In this document: one piece after another, positions 47,470-57,830 of the stretch | How positions within the stretch are numbered: position 1 is the first letter of the stretch | Layout: each line of letters opens with the position of its first letter | From: Myxococcales bacterium | Lineage (GTDB): Bacteria; Myxococcota_A; Polyangia; Polyangiales; DASUME01 | Reading direction: 5' to 3' | Length of the DNA: 64,000 nucleotides | Assembly: GCA_047601445.1 (NCBI GenBank) | Contig: JASGJH010000001.1 | Span: 5,280,001-5,344,000, forward strand | Notes under the pieces: model-generated | What the model was told of the DNA's origin: nothing | Databases searched by the model: none | The model's input: only the letters and a program-made list of their open reading frames with translations | Position numbers and translations under genes: made by a program

Positions 47470-49161
47470 TCACTCGGCGGCGTCGGCCAGGTCGCTCAAC
47501 ACCACCGCTTCGTAGGGTTCGAGTCGAACGGCCTCCGGGGTCGACTCGTGCGCAACCCGTAAGCTCGAGAACAGATGCCCGGGGCGCTGGGCGAGGCGGA
47601 GCGTGGCCGGCCGCGTGGATGCGTTGAAGTACACGTCGACGTTCTCCTCTCCATGCCGACGCCGATAGCCAAACACCTGGGATGGCAGGTCCGCACGCGA
47701 GAACAGCGAGAGCTCCCCCTGCTGCAAAGCGCGGCTGCGCTTGCGCAGGGCGAGCAAACCTCGGTAGGTCTGGAGCAGAGAGTCTGGTTGGGCACGCTGC
47801 GCAGCCACGTTGACCTGCTCCGAGCTCGCATGGACGGGGAGCCACGGCTTCGCCAGCGAGGGGCAGAAGCCCGCGTTGGGCCCGTCCGTCCACTGCATCG
47901 GCAAGCGACATTCGTCACGGTTGAGCTGTAGACCTCGCTGCGACAGCACGCGCGCCAGGAACTCGGGCACGCGACGATTGCGCTGCGCGAGCGGGTCCAG
48001 TCCCGAACCCAGCAGCAGGCGGCTGTGGCGCATGCCGATCTCCTCGCCATAGTAGATGAAGGGAACGCCGCGCGCGGTGAGTTGCAGGGTCGCGAGCAGA
48101 CGTGCCTTGCGCAGGTCGTCCCCCAGGCGGTGCAGCATGCGTGGCCGATCGTGGTTGCTGAACACCCAGGTGGGCAAGAAGGGCTCGGGGAAGACGCGCT
48201 CGAACTCTTCCACCAGCGAGTGCAGCGAGTCACGCGTGACGGACGCGCGCATGCTCTTGAACAGGAAGACCAGGTGCAGGCCGTCCGCCTGATCACCGCA
48301 GTAGCGCCGCACCGAGTCCGGACTGCCGAAGACCTCCCCCACCAGGAAGCGCGGTGGATCTTGGAACTCATCCACGACGCCTCGTAGCTCGCGCGCAAAG
48401 CGCAGGGTGTCGGCGTGGTCGATGGTGTGGAGGTGGTGCTGGAAGAAGCCGTCCGGGTTGTCCTCGGCGGGCAAGAAGCGTAGCGAGAAGGGATTGTCGT
48501 GGAAGCCCGAGTCCTTGTAGATGGCGTTGAAGATGTCGAGACGGAAGCCGTCGACCCCGAGCGCCAGCCAGTGCCGAACGATGCCGAGCATCATGGCCTT
48601 GACCTCGGGGTTGCGATAGTTGAGGTCGGGCTGGAAGGGCAGGAAGCTGGCCCAATACCACTGTTCGGTCGCGGCGTCGTACTGCCAGCCGGTGCCACCC
48701 AGCATGCACTGCCAGTTGTTCGGCGGCGCACGACCACCCGGGTCGCGCCCGTCACGCCAGATGTACCAGTCCCGCTTGGGGTTTTGGCGCGTGGCGCGTG
48801 ATTCGAGAAACCACGCATGCTGGTTCGATGTGTGATTCATCACCATGTCGAACACGATCTTCATGCCGCGCGCGTGGACCTCCGCGATCAAGCGGCCCAG
48901 GTCAGCCTCCGAGCCGTACTCGGGCGAGACGCTGAGATAGTCGCTGATGTCGTAGCCGAAGTCCGCCTGCGGGCTCGCGAAGAACGGTGAGATCCAGAGC
49001 GTCTCCACCCCCAGGTCGTGCAGGTAGTCGAGCCGCTCGATGATGCCCGCCAGATCGCCGATGCCGTCGCCATTCTGATCGGCGAAGGAGCGGGGATAGA
49101 TCTGGTACACGGTGGTGCGTCGCCACCAGGGGACATCGGGTTTGGAGTTGGATGTGGACAT
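47470..49161 (-). CDS. GH13 alpha-glucosidase (oligo-1,6-glucosidase-like)
   Basis: YQIYPRSF, DFGYDISDY, NHTS, GVDGFRLD, VGE, NHD, YYGEEIGM, RDECRLPMQW; no signal peptide. Confidence 0.93.
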   Translation of the reverse strand: MSTSNSKPDVPWWRRTTVYQIYPRSFADQNGDGIGDLAGIIERLDYLHDLGVETLWISPFFASPQADFGYDISDYLSVSPEYGSEADLGRLIAEVHARGMKIVFDMVMNHTSNQHAWFLESRATRQNPKRDWYIWRDGRDPGGRAPPNNWQCMLGGTGWQYDAATEQWYWASFLPFQPDLNYRNPEVKAMMLGIVRHWLALGVDGFRLDIFNAIYKDSGFHDNPFSLRFLPAEDNPDGFFQHHLHTIDHADTLRFARELRGVVDEFQDPPRFLVGEVFGSPDSVRRYCGDQADGLHLVFLFKSMRASVTRDSLHSLVEEFERVFPEPFLPTWVFSNHDRPRMLHRLGDDLRKARLLATLQLTARGVPFIYYGEEIGMRHSRLLLGSGLDPLAQRNRRVPEFLARVLSQRGLQLNRDECRLPMQWTDGPNAGFCPSLAKPWLPVHASSEQVNVAAQRAQPDSLLQTYRGLLALRKRSRALQQGELSLFSRADLPSQVFGYRRRHGEENVDVYFNASTRPATLRLAQRPGHLFSSLRVAHESTPEAVRLEPYEAVVLSDLADAAE

Positions 49162-49278
49162 GGCGTGAGATCGAATTCGCACGTTTTGCGCGCGCCGTGG
49201 TGAGCCCGAGCGATGCGGATCCGGGGATGGCAGCGCGGGACACTGCAACACGGCTCATTGGCATACGAAAACCAGCAC

Positions 49279-51612
49279 GTGACCCCACTCGAGCAAACCG
49301 AAGCGATCACGCGACAGGCACTCGGTATTCCCCAGGATGCCACGCGCGTACTCATCCTGGGCGAGTCGAGTCACTGGGATCCGAATTGGCTGCTTACTTC
49401 GAAGGAGTACTACGGCCTGGTGGTGCGACGCATTCTGGACCGCGCACTGCGCGAGCTCGAGCGCCAGCCGCGCCGGGTCTACTCACTCGAGAGCATTTTC
49501 TTTTTGGCCATGTACTGGGAGCGCAACCCGGGACGTCACGAGCAGATACGCGAGTTGCTCAACAGCGGGCGCCTTCGGCTCACGGGCAGCGCCGTGACCA
49601 CGCCGGACACCCTGGTGACCCATCCGGAGCTGGTGCTGCGAGACTACCTGTGTGGTCAAGAGTGGCTGCGGGCTCGCGGCATCTCCTGTGAACCGCGCAT
49701 CGCGTATCTGCCAGATTCGTTCGGGCACTCGCCGGCGCTCCCAACCCTGCTCAACGCCGCTGGCGTGACGGGGGCGTGCTTCGCGCGGCTCGACGGCATG
49801 TACTACCCGGGCTGCGACGCGCGCCCCAGGGATGAGTTTCCGCTGCCAGGTTCGAGTGCCGAAGCCTTGTTGAAGCAGCATCGAAGTCTCGATTTCGTCT
49901 GGACGCGCCCCGACGGAAGCAAGCTTCTCACGCACTGGAATGCGTTCACCTATGGCCAGGGCGACCTGCTGGCGCACCGGGGTCTCGCGCGCTGGATGAT
50001 GCTGCCCTTGGCGGTTCCCGCGCGCAAGCCTCACCAGGTGGCCCAACGCATCGAGCAGTACGTGCGTGAACTGAGTCCGCTGAGCAGGACGCCCTATCTA
50101 TTTTGTCCGATCGGATTCGACTTCGTCGATCCCATCCGGGACCTCGTCGATCTCGTGGATGAGTACAACCGCAGCTCCTACCCCGCTTCGGGCACCTGGG
50201 TCGTGAATGCCGGTCTCGACGACTACCTGCGGCTCCTCGCGCATCACGAAGCGGAGCTACCGCGACTGGAGCTCGATCCCAACCCGACCTTCATGGGGTT
50301 CTACACCACGCGCTGGGCGTTGAAGCAGAAGTACCACGCCCTCGCGCGCGACCTGCTCGAGCTCGAGGCGCGCAGCAACGAGGAGGCGCTGGCACCGGGC
50401 CACGCGGAACAGCTCTGGTACCGGATGAGTGTAGCCAACCACCATGATTTCGTGACCGGAACCTCGCCCGAGCGTGTGTACCGCGCCGAACAGCTGCCGT
50501 GGCTCGATCAACTCGGCGATGAGGTCCGGCGTGAGCTGGCTGCGCTGGCGAGCGCAAACGTCCGACCCCCGTTGCGCGCTCCGGCTCAGGTGTCGCCAAG
50601 CGAGGGACGCGTGCGTTGCAAGCTCGAGCGCGGGGTCTTGCGCGTGAGCACTCCGAGTCTGTGCCTGGTGCTGGAGGAGTGCGCCGGCGGCGTGCTCAGC
50701 GAGTGTTGGGACCCAGCCACGGGCAAGCCCTTGCTCGGCCCCGATGCACTCCAGTTCGCCGTCTACGACGACAGCGGAGGCGGCTGGCGCATGGGACACG
50801 AGCTCGCGGGAGGGGTCTTCCGAGAGCGCAAACTACGTGATGATTTTGCGCAGCTGACGGTCACGGAGATCGAGGGCGCGGTGGTCGCCACCTTTCACTC
50901 CACCCTCGAGGTCAAGCCAGCCCAGCGCGTGATTCGCATCGATGCCACGCGACCGCGGATCGAGATCAGAACCCTGGTCGCAGCGCCCGCCGCCAGCAGC
51001 GTGGTGCTGAGACTACCCTCCATCGAGCGGGCGAGCGGGCTGCAGATGGACGTGCCCGGCGGTGTCGTGAGGCGAGCGGGCCAGCGCCTGTACGGGCCCA
51101 CGTTCTGGTGCGCGTCGAGCTTCGTGAGCCTGGAGAATCTCCGGCTCGAGCTGGGCATCCCGTCGGCCGTGGCGCTCGGTACGAATGGCGTGCTCGAATG
51201 TATCGTCGCGCGCAACGCGGCGCTCGAGCGGGTGCATGGTTGGCAACCTCTGATCGGATTTCCAGCCCGAATTCCCCAAGCAGCGCAGCAGCGCTTCGAC
51301 GCTACCCTGCTACTCGGGCCGGCCTCCGACGAGCCGGCACGCGAGCTGGTGCGGGGCTGCGTGCGCGTGGAAGGCGCTTCGGATCCGGTGCAGATCATGG
51401 CCGTGAAGCCGGCCTGGCGTGGTGCCGGAACCATCGTGCGCATGGCCAATCACGGCGCCGTCCAGCAAGCGACCGTCCGCTTCACCTCCGGTGCGCTCCG
51501 CGAGGCGCGCCTGTGCGACGCTCTGGAGCGGGATCGGGCGCAGCTCCCGACCAGTCAGGGACGCCTCGAGCTGCAGCTGGCGCCCGGCATCACCACACTC
51601 AGGTTGATCTGA
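49279..51612 (+). CDS. GH38 alpha-mannosidase-like glycoside hydrolase
   Basis: SHWDPNW (HxDxxW), YLPDSFGHS (nucleophile Asp), NHHDFVTGTS; start may be 49213 or GTG 49279. Confidence 0.8.
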   Translation: MTPLEQTEAITRQALGIPQDATRVLILGESSHWDPNWLLTSKEYYGLVVRRILDRALRELERQPRRVYSLESIFFLAMYWERNPGRHEQIRELLNSGRLRLTGSAVTTPDTLVTHPELVLRDYLCGQEWLRARGISCEPRIAYLPDSFGHSPALPTLLNAAGVTGACFARLDGMYYPGCDARPRDEFPLPGSSAEALLKQHRSLDFVWTRPDGSKLLTHWNAFTYGQGDLLAHRGLARWMMLPLAVPARKPHQVAQRIEQYVRELSPLSRTPYLFCPIGFDFVDPIRDLVDLVDEYNRSSYPASGTWVVNAGLDDYLRLLAHHEAELPRLELDPNPTFMGFYTTRWALKQKYHALARDLLELEARSNEEALAPGHAEQLWYRMSVANHHDFVTGTSPERVYRAEQLPWLDQLGDEVRRELAALASANVRPPLRAPAQVSPSEGRVRCKLERGVLRVSTPSLCLVLEECAGGVLSECWDPATGKPLLGPDALQFAVYDDSGGGWRMGHELAGGVFRERKLRDDFAQLTVTEIEGAVVATFHSTLEVKPAQRVIRIDATRPRIEIRTLVAAPAASSVVLRLPSIERASGLQMDVPGGVVRRAGQRLYGPTFWCASSFVSLENLRLELGIPSAVALGTNGVLECIVARNAALERVHGWQPLIGFPARIPQAAQQRFDATLLLGPASDEPARELVRGCVRVEGASDPVQIMAVKPAWRGAGTIVRMANHGAVQQATVRFTSGALREARLCDALERDRAQLPTSQGRLELQLAPGITTLRLI

Positions 51613-52477
51613 GCGCGTGGTCTTGCATCGCCAGCGCGAAAGCACCACACAGGCCAGCAGGCAGCGCGAGACCAGGTGCCACCAGGTAGCGTTCGACCGC
51701 GGGCCACCTGAGCTCTGCACGGGACACATAGCCCGCCAGGGACTGCACCAGAGCCTGCTGCGTCTGTTGCAACAGACCCGGACGCTCGAGGACACCGCCC
51801 CCCAGCACGATGCGCCGCGGTGAATAGGCGAGCACTATGGCGTGCAGCAACTCTGCGAGCGTGTCCGCCACTCGCCTCCAGATCGGGTGCTCGGAACTCA
51901 GCGCCTCGGGCGCCTGACCGGTGCGTTCGCGCAGCGCAGGCGCCGAGATCAGGCCCTCCACGCAAGCGCCGTGGAACGGACAGTGGCCGCGGAACGTGCG
52001 GTCCGTGCTGCGCATGTGGCCGAGCTCCGGGTGCATCAAGCCGTGCAGGGGACGCTGTCCGATCACGACGCCGACCCCTACGCCGGTGCCCACGGTGACA
52101 TAGACCGCAGGATCGGCGTCACGCAAGGCTCCCCAACGCTGCTCCGCGAGGGCCGCCGCATTGACGTCGGTGTCGATGGTCACCGGGATGTCGAGCGCAG
52201 CGTCAAGGCGCGCTCGCAGCGGAAAGCCGGACCAACCGTGCTTGGGTGACACGAGGAGCGAGCCATGGCTTGGCCCCGGTGTCAGATCGAGCGGACCGAA
52301 GGTGGCTACACCTAGTCCACGCAGCTGGGCTCCGAAAGGCTCGAAGAACTCCAGTATGTCGCGCAGAGTGGACTCGGGGTCCGACGTGCTCACCCGCCGC
52401 CGAGCGATCACATGTTCGTGGTCGCGACCCACGGCGCACAGAAACTTGGTCCCACCTCCCTCGATGGCTCCCCACAC
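51599..52477 (-). CDS. ROK-family sugar kinase (fructokinase-like)
   Basis: AIEGGGTKF, DTDVNAAALAE, TVGTGVG, HPELGH, CPFHGACVEG; GAGGAGG RBS. Confidence 0.92.
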   Translation of the reverse strand: MWGAIEGGGTKFLCAVGRDHEHVIARRRVSTSDPESTLRDILEFFEPFGAQLRGLGVATFGPLDLTPGPSHGSLLVSPKHGWSGFPLRARLDAALDIPVTIDTDVNAAALAEQRWGALRDADPAVYVTVGTGVGVGVVIGQRPLHGLMHPELGHMRSTDRTFRGHCPFHGACVEGLISAPALRERTGQAPEALSSEHPIWRRVADTLAELLHAIVLAYSPRRIVLGGGVLERPGLLQQTQQALVQSLAGYVSRAELRWPAVERYLVAPGLALPAGLCGAFALAMQDHALRST

Positions 52478-52478
52478 C

Positions 52479-54455
52479 TCACTCCTCCTCGAGCACCAGC
52501 AGGCGCACTCCGTGGCGTGGAATCGTGCCGAGCTCCACGCTGCCTGACCGAACGGGATAGCTGGCACCGCTCCAGTATTCGCTCACGCGCTCCTTGCGAC
52601 GGTAGCGACGCAGCGCGCCGTGCCGCAGCAGATCGACGCGGCCCTGCACCGGCTGGTCGTCCGGATTGAACACCGCCAGATAGGCCCGACCTTGGCCTTC
52701 ACACAGGAAGAGCGTGGGAAAATCGCGCTCCATGAGGTCCAGTACACGCGTCCGCATCTCACAGGCACGCGCGTGCAGCTCGAGCGTGCGCTGGGCCAGG
52801 GCGCGCTGAGCCGGACCGAGCAGGGAGAGATCGTCCGAGATGAGCAGCGTGCCACCACACAGCGCGGCCACCGTGACCACGCTGTGAATCTCGTGCTGAG
52901 TGAGGCGCGTCTTGGCATCACGCAGCAAGATGCAGTCGGGGTCGTTCTGCCAGAGCCGACGGTGCATGAAGGACCGAGTCAGGGCGTTGCGCAGCGCGAC
53001 CTTGGCCGACATCATGTCGTAGTCGTTGCCGACGTAGGTGGAGAGCCAGTTGCTCCAGTACGGAGCCACGTCCATCCCCACGCGATTGGAGTCCACCAGG
53101 CCTATTGCGGGTCCCAGCGGCAAGCCACAGCCGAGCACCCGGACGTCCTCACCCACCGTCTCGCGGATGATCTCGAGACCCCTTCGCAGGGCCTGCGCCC
53201 CCGAGACGTTTGGGTCGTGGCGCTTACCCGGCAGACCCGCTGCATGCAGGAAGTCGATCTTGATGAACTGATAGCCCCACACGTGAGCGATGGTGTGGAA
53301 CAGCTTCCTCAACCACGCTTGCACGTCAGGATGCGTGAGGTCCAAGGCGCGCGCGCTGTCGAACAGCCCCCAGTGGTTGTTGTACATGGCGTAGCGCGGC
53401 GCCCCCATCTCGTCGCGCACGAACCACTCGGGATGCTCGGCGTACAGCCTGGAGTTTGGGTAGGCGACGAAGGGTGCGAGCCACAAGCCTGGACGAAAGC
53501 CCGCCTGCTTGATCTCGCTGGCCATGGCGCCCATGCCGCAGGGAAAGGTCTTGCTGGGCAGCAGCCAATCCCCGAGCGCCGACTGCCAGCCATCGTCGAT
53601 CTGGAACAGCGAGAAGGGGATGGTGGGCTTGAGCCGAACGGCCTCGCGCAAGTTCATGCGGATGATCTGCTCGTCGATCTTGGTGAAGTAGTGGTACCAG
53701 GAGCACCAGCCCACTTCGGCCTCGGGCGGCACTCGGGCGTGCATCTCCTCTCCCACGCGTGCGGCGTACCTCTCGAGCTGCTCGGCCGCGTCCGCGCCCC
53801 AGGCGACGTAGAGGCGTGGCAGGCTGAAGCTCTGGCCGGTGGCGAGCGCCGTGCTCTCGAGCCCAACGCTGGCCGTGATGCGCGCCTCCCGTTCGAAGCG
53901 GGCGCACATGCTGAAGCCAGCGAACGTGAGCGCCGTGTCGAGATAGCCCACGACGACGCAGCGCCCGTGCTTGTCACCGGCAGCCGTACACAATGTGGAG
54001 GTGAAGTCCCCCTGACCTCGAGCGGGCGGCAGATCCGGGTTGCTCAGAATCTGATCGAGGAAGCCCAGCTTCACCCTGGGTTCCACGCGCCCCACGTCGA
54101 GCGCGGAAGAGCCCGACCAGGACTGCCAGCCGTTGTGAAAGTAGCTCGTGAGGTCCTCGGGCTCAGGGTGCGCAAGCACGAGTGGGATCACACGCGTGAG
54201 CCGCAGCGGTGTGTGACACAGGATCTCCCCGTGCAGCACCATGGCGTCATCCTCGCGGGTCCAGCTCAGGGAGAGCGCGAGGTCTGCGTTCTCGGCTCGC
54301 GCGTCGCACCCGGCTGCTGCGTCGACGTTGACTAGCAAGCTGCGCGTCTGCCCCTCCACGGCGTAGTCCACGCGGGCCTGGTAGCGACCGACCGCGAACA
54401 GGTCCGAGGTCGCGCTGGTTTTGTTCGGCACGCTTGAAAGCTCGGTCGACGTCAC
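52479..54455 (-). CDS. GH36 alpha-galactosidase
   Basis: NGWQSWS, GWCSWYHYF, FQIDDGWQ, GLWLAPF, IKIDFL, NDPDC; no signal peptide. Confidence 0.9.
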   Translation of the reverse strand: MTSTELSSVPNKTSATSDLFAVGRYQARVDYAVEGQTRSLLVNVDAAAGCDARAENADLALSLSWTREDDAMVLHGEILCHTPLRLTRVIPLVLAHPEPEDLTSYFHNGWQSWSGSSALDVGRVEPRVKLGFLDQILSNPDLPPARGQGDFTSTLCTAAGDKHGRCVVVGYLDTALTFAGFSMCARFEREARITASVGLESTALATGQSFSLPRLYVAWGADAAEQLERYAARVGEEMHARVPPEAEVGWCSWYHYFTKIDEQIIRMNLREAVRLKPTIPFSLFQIDDGWQSALGDWLLPSKTFPCGMGAMASEIKQAGFRPGLWLAPFVAYPNSRLYAEHPEWFVRDEMGAPRYAMYNNHWGLFDSARALDLTHPDVQAWLRKLFHTIAHVWGYQFIKIDFLHAAGLPGKRHDPNVSGAQALRRGLEIIRETVGEDVRVLGCGLPLGPAIGLVDSNRVGMDVAPYWSNWLSTYVGNDYDMMSAKVALRNALTRSFMHRRLWQNDPDCILLRDAKTRLTQHEIHSVVTVAALCGGTLLISDDLSLLGPAQRALAQRTLELHARACEMRTRVLDLMERDFPTLFLCEGQGRAYLAVFNPDDQPVQGRVDLLRHGALRRYRRKERVSEYWSGASYPVRSGSVELGTIPRHGVRLLVLEEE

Positions 54456-56119
54456 TTGCAGGCTCCGGTCAGCAAAGGGCCAATCAGATCACTCAGGATG
54501 GGAACCTCGATGGCGCACGGCACGCACTTCGTGTCCGCGGGGCACTCCGAGTCCACGGCCCCCACCAAGTCGGCGCTGCTGATGCAGGTGGAGATGCAAG
54601 CACCCGGCTTGCCCTCTGCGTCCGAACAGGTGGGCGCCACGTAGTCCTCACCGCGAGCACCGGCCTCGGCGTACTCGCGGGGCGCGCACTTGAAGTCCGC
54701 CGTGGGACAGTCGCTCAAGCTGCCACGCTGGCTCTCGTCGACCGAACCGGACGGCACGCACAGGCCACGACCGCCACAGCAGCCATCGAAGTGCCACGGA
54801 CCTTCCTTGGGCTGATCGCAGCTTCCGTCGCAAGCTCCGGTCGACTCGCCGGTGACCGGGTTGAAGCACGGAGCGCATAGCTCGCCGGCCTCGCAGTCTT
54901 CCTGCTTCAGGCTGTCTTTCTGCGAGGCAATCTCGGGTAGGCACTCGGACATGCAGCGTCCCTCGGCCTCACCGAATGCCTTGCACGTCTTGCCGCCCTG
55001 GTGACCGCCGCTCTCGAGGAAGCTGTCCGGGACGCACTTTCGACTCCCGCCGCACTCCGCGAGGCGGTCGAGCTGATCGGCAGGCAAAGCGGAGTACTCC
55101 ATGCAGTGCGCGTGACCCGTAGCGCACACCGAGAGCGGGCACGGGTCGAGCTTCTCCACGTCCAGGAGCGGGGAGCTTGCGTAGTCCAGCGTGCACAGAT
55201 CGGGCTCCGCCTGGGTGGGCATGTCGCACGTGCTGGCGCTACAGGCCCCGGATGCCTTGCCGGTTCGCGGGTCGTAGCAGGGCGCGCAGAGCTCGCTGTC
55301 GGCGCACACGTCGCGCTGCAGGAGGCTCTTCTGATCGGAGACCTCGGGGATGCACAACGACTGACAGCGACCTTCGAGACCGCCCCCTGCGGTGCACACC
55401 CGGGGTGGCGCATTGCCCCCCGAGATCAACAGGTCGTCCGGAACGCACTTGCGGTTGCCGTCACAATCCGCGAGGCGATGGCGCTGGTCCGCTGGGACCT
55501 GGCTCACGTCGGCGCAGTGCGCCGTGCCAAAGGCGCAGACGTCTTCGGGACAAACCTCGAGCGTGTCCAGGTCCACCACCGGTTTCTCCGCGTAGTCGAT
55601 GGCACAGAGGTCGGGCTTCGGTTCGACAGGCGCGTCACAACTGGTGGCCGAGCAAGCGCCGCTGTCCTTCCCCGTGGTGGGGTCGTAGCAGGGGGCACAA
55701 CGCTCGCCTGGATCGCAGTCCGCGCGCGGCAGGAAGTCCCCGCGGCTGAACACCTCCGGCAGACATTCGGACAGACAACGCCCCTCCAGCCCCGCCACCG
55801 ATCGACACGCTTTGGGCGTGTAGCGCCCTTCGTTGATCAGGAAGTCGACCGGCACGCACAAGGTTCCGTCGCTGCAGCTGGCCAGCCTGTCTCGCGTGGC
55901 GGCGGGCTGAACGAAGTCTGGCGGCACGCAGTGCCCACGAGCCTGATCGGAAGCACAAATGCCCGGGTCGCACAGCGGAAAGGCCTGGGTCAGCACCTCC
56001 AGGCCGCCCTGGTTGCAGGCCGTGGAGGCCTCGGGTGGGGGCACATGGAGGTCGGGAAGCGTGATGCAGCCGGCGCACCCGAGGGTCCACATCAGCAGGG
56101 CGCGATGCAGGCAGTTCAT
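54452..56119 (-). CDS. Cys-rich tandem-repeat lipoprotein of unknown function
   Basis: CAGC lipobox; three ~140-aa repeats plus a degenerate fourth (EGRC.S.C.PE...C...E.CAPC..P.TG...GAC); 4-nt overlaps with both neighbours. Confidence 0.8.
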   Translation of the reverse strand: MNCLHRALLMWTLGCAGCITLPDLHVPPPEASTACNQGGLEVLTQAFPLCDPGICASDQARGHCVPPDFVQPAATRDRLASCSDGTLCVPVDFLINEGRYTPKACRSVAGLEGRCLSECLPEVFSRGDFLPRADCDPGERCAPCYDPTTGKDSGACSATSCDAPVEPKPDLCAIDYAEKPVVDLDTLEVCPEDVCAFGTAHCADVSQVPADQRHRLADCDGNRKCVPDDLLISGGNAPPRVCTAGGGLEGRCQSLCIPEVSDQKSLLQRDVCADSELCAPCYDPRTGKASGACSASTCDMPTQAEPDLCTLDYASSPLLDVEKLDPCPLSVCATGHAHCMEYSALPADQLDRLAECGGSRKCVPDSFLESGGHQGGKTCKAFGEAEGRCMSECLPEIASQKDSLKQEDCEAGELCAPCFNPVTGESTGACDGSCDQPKEGPWHFDGCCGGRGLCVPSGSVDESQRGSLSDCPTADFKCAPREYAEAGARGEDYVAPTCSDAEGKPGACISTCISSADLVGAVDSECPADTKCVPCAIEVPILSDLIGPLLTGACK

Positions 56120-57564
56120 GGGGCGCTCCTCTTCGCTTCGCGGGCGTGAAACACGATCGAGATGGCCATGGCTTGCACGCCGGTCTTGTAGGTGCCTGCG
56201 TTGATGGTCGGGTGTGCGTCGGCGAGTTGACCGGGACGTTGGCCGACGGGCTGCTCGATGCGAGCGTCGGCGTTGGACAACTGCACCGTAGGGAAGACGA
56301 TCAGCGCGTAGGCCAGGTTGAGGTCCGCGTAGGCGGCGACACGCACCCCGAGACCGGCGTGCACACCGAAGCGATGAAGCGGGAGGTTGTCCACGGATTC
56401 ATAGCCGTGCTCGACACCGTTGCTCTCGACGGAGAGCCCTGCCCGCAGCCAGAGCCGGTCGGCGATGGCTTGATAGTCACTTCCCACACGCAGCACGACT
56501 TGATCGCGCCAGTGGCGCGCGATCGTTTGCCGGCTTGGCAGCCGCGAGATGTCTTGGCCGTCGAGGGTGCCGCTGACGGGCAGGCGGGCCGTGTCGGGAA
56601 CATCGATCACCACCTCCTTCAAGCGCGACGTGCCCTGATACAGGAGATCGGCCTCGAACTCCCAACGCTCCGTGTGGTAGCGAGCTGCCGCGCCGGCCTC
56701 CCAGGCGTTGGCGTTGTTCAGCGTGACACCGCCGACCCGCGTCGAGTAGGGCATCCCCAGCGTCACGCCGGAGAGATACAGGGCCCCGGGTGCGCGCACG
56801 CCGTCGGTCCAGGTCCCCTGGAGCGCGAGGTTCCAGCTCCGCGTCGCGTCGAAGTCGAGTCCGAGCATGAGGCGCGGCACGAACGTGTCCACGGCGGACA
56901 CGGCGCTGCGCACGTCGAGGGCCGGCGCATCGCCAGGCAAGCCTGCCGTGAACGCGACGTTGCGCAGGATGAAGACGCCCCAGCCGAAAGCTGCGCCAAG
57001 CCGCAGACGTCCGCGGTCGATGCCCAGGCCAAGCGTGGGAAACACGGCGAGGTTGTCCGAGCTCACCAGCGCGTAGCGGGCCGGGCTGGGCATCCGCGTG
57101 CCGTGGATCGCGATGGTTCCATCCCGCGAGTCGCCGAAGTCGAGCGCTGCGGTGCCAGCCGGCGGCAGCACACCGAGCGCCAAGGTCACGCGCTCGGACA
57201 CCGGATAGCTTGCCGTCAGCTGCGGGATGACGCCGGGCTTGTTGCTGCACACCTCGGGAAAGCTCGAGCCGTCTTCGGCGTTCTTGCGCGTGAAACAGGT
57301 CTCCCCGAATTGCAGTTGCAGATCGCTGGTCACGGTCCAGGTCCGCAGGCTCGCGAGGCGCGCGGGGTTGTAGCGCAGAGCCTCGCCGCCCTGCGCGCTC
57401 GCCATCACGGCGCCACCACGTCCAAGTGCGCGGGCGCCGTAGGCGGTGACCTCCAGCCCGCCGGCCGCCGCCGAACCGGGCAAGAGCGCGATCGAGGCCG
57501 CAGCGATCCCAAGGACGCGCTGAAGCCAGCTCGTAGACGAGTGCCGAGAAGTCACGGTAAGCAC
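56116..57564 (-). CDS. FadL/OmpP1-family outer-membrane transporter
   Basis: Signal, then GGLEV...GARALGRGGA...YNPARL hatch motif; WRDQVVLRVG, LWLRAG strands. Confidence 0.85.
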   Translation of the reverse strand: MLTVTSRHSSTSWLQRVLGIAAASIALLPGSAAAGGLEVTAYGARALGRGGAVMASAQGGEALRYNPARLASLRTWTVTSDLQLQFGETCFTRKNAEDGSSFPEVCSNKPGVIPQLTASYPVSERVTLALGVLPPAGTAALDFGDSRDGTIAIHGTRMPSPARYALVSSDNLAVFPTLGLGIDRGRLRLGAAFGWGVFILRNVAFTAGLPGDAPALDVRSAVSAVDTFVPRLMLGLDFDATRSWNLALQGTWTDGVRAPGALYLSGVTLGMPYSTRVGGVTLNNANAWEAGAAARYHTERWEFEADLLYQGTSRLKEVVIDVPDTARLPVSGTLDGQDISRLPSRQTIARHWRDQVVLRVGSDYQAIADRLWLRAGLSVESNGVEHGYESVDNLPLHRFGVHAGLGVRVAAYADLNLAYALIVFPTVQLSNADARIEQPVGQRPGQLADAHPTINAGTYKTGVQAMAISIVFHAREAKRSAP

Positions 57565-57756
57565 CAGGCTGAGGAAGTGACGTCGCTCGTGGGACCTACG
57601 TGAGCGCGTCTTGAGGAGACCATACGGCCCCGACCAGGCTTTCGGTTAGCGCGTTTAAGTAGCCTCCGATGCCATGGCGGATGCGCAGGACACCCCACCT
57701 TTCTGGAGGCGTCTGCAGCTGCCCAGTCGAAAGCTCGACGCGGGCGCGCGTCGCAC

Positions 57757-57785
57757 TCTGGCAGCCAGAATCACGCTTCTGGCAG
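57757..57785 (+). promoter_or_regulatory. Direct repeat TCTGGCAG x2, 21 bp apart (candidate AraC-family site)
   Basis: TCTGGCAG at 57757 and 57778 in the fadL/SCP2 divergent region. Confidence 0.4.
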
Positions 57786-57830
57786 AGGGGGAGCGTGGGC
57801 ACCCGAGCGGACCCGACGCATCCTCTCTCG

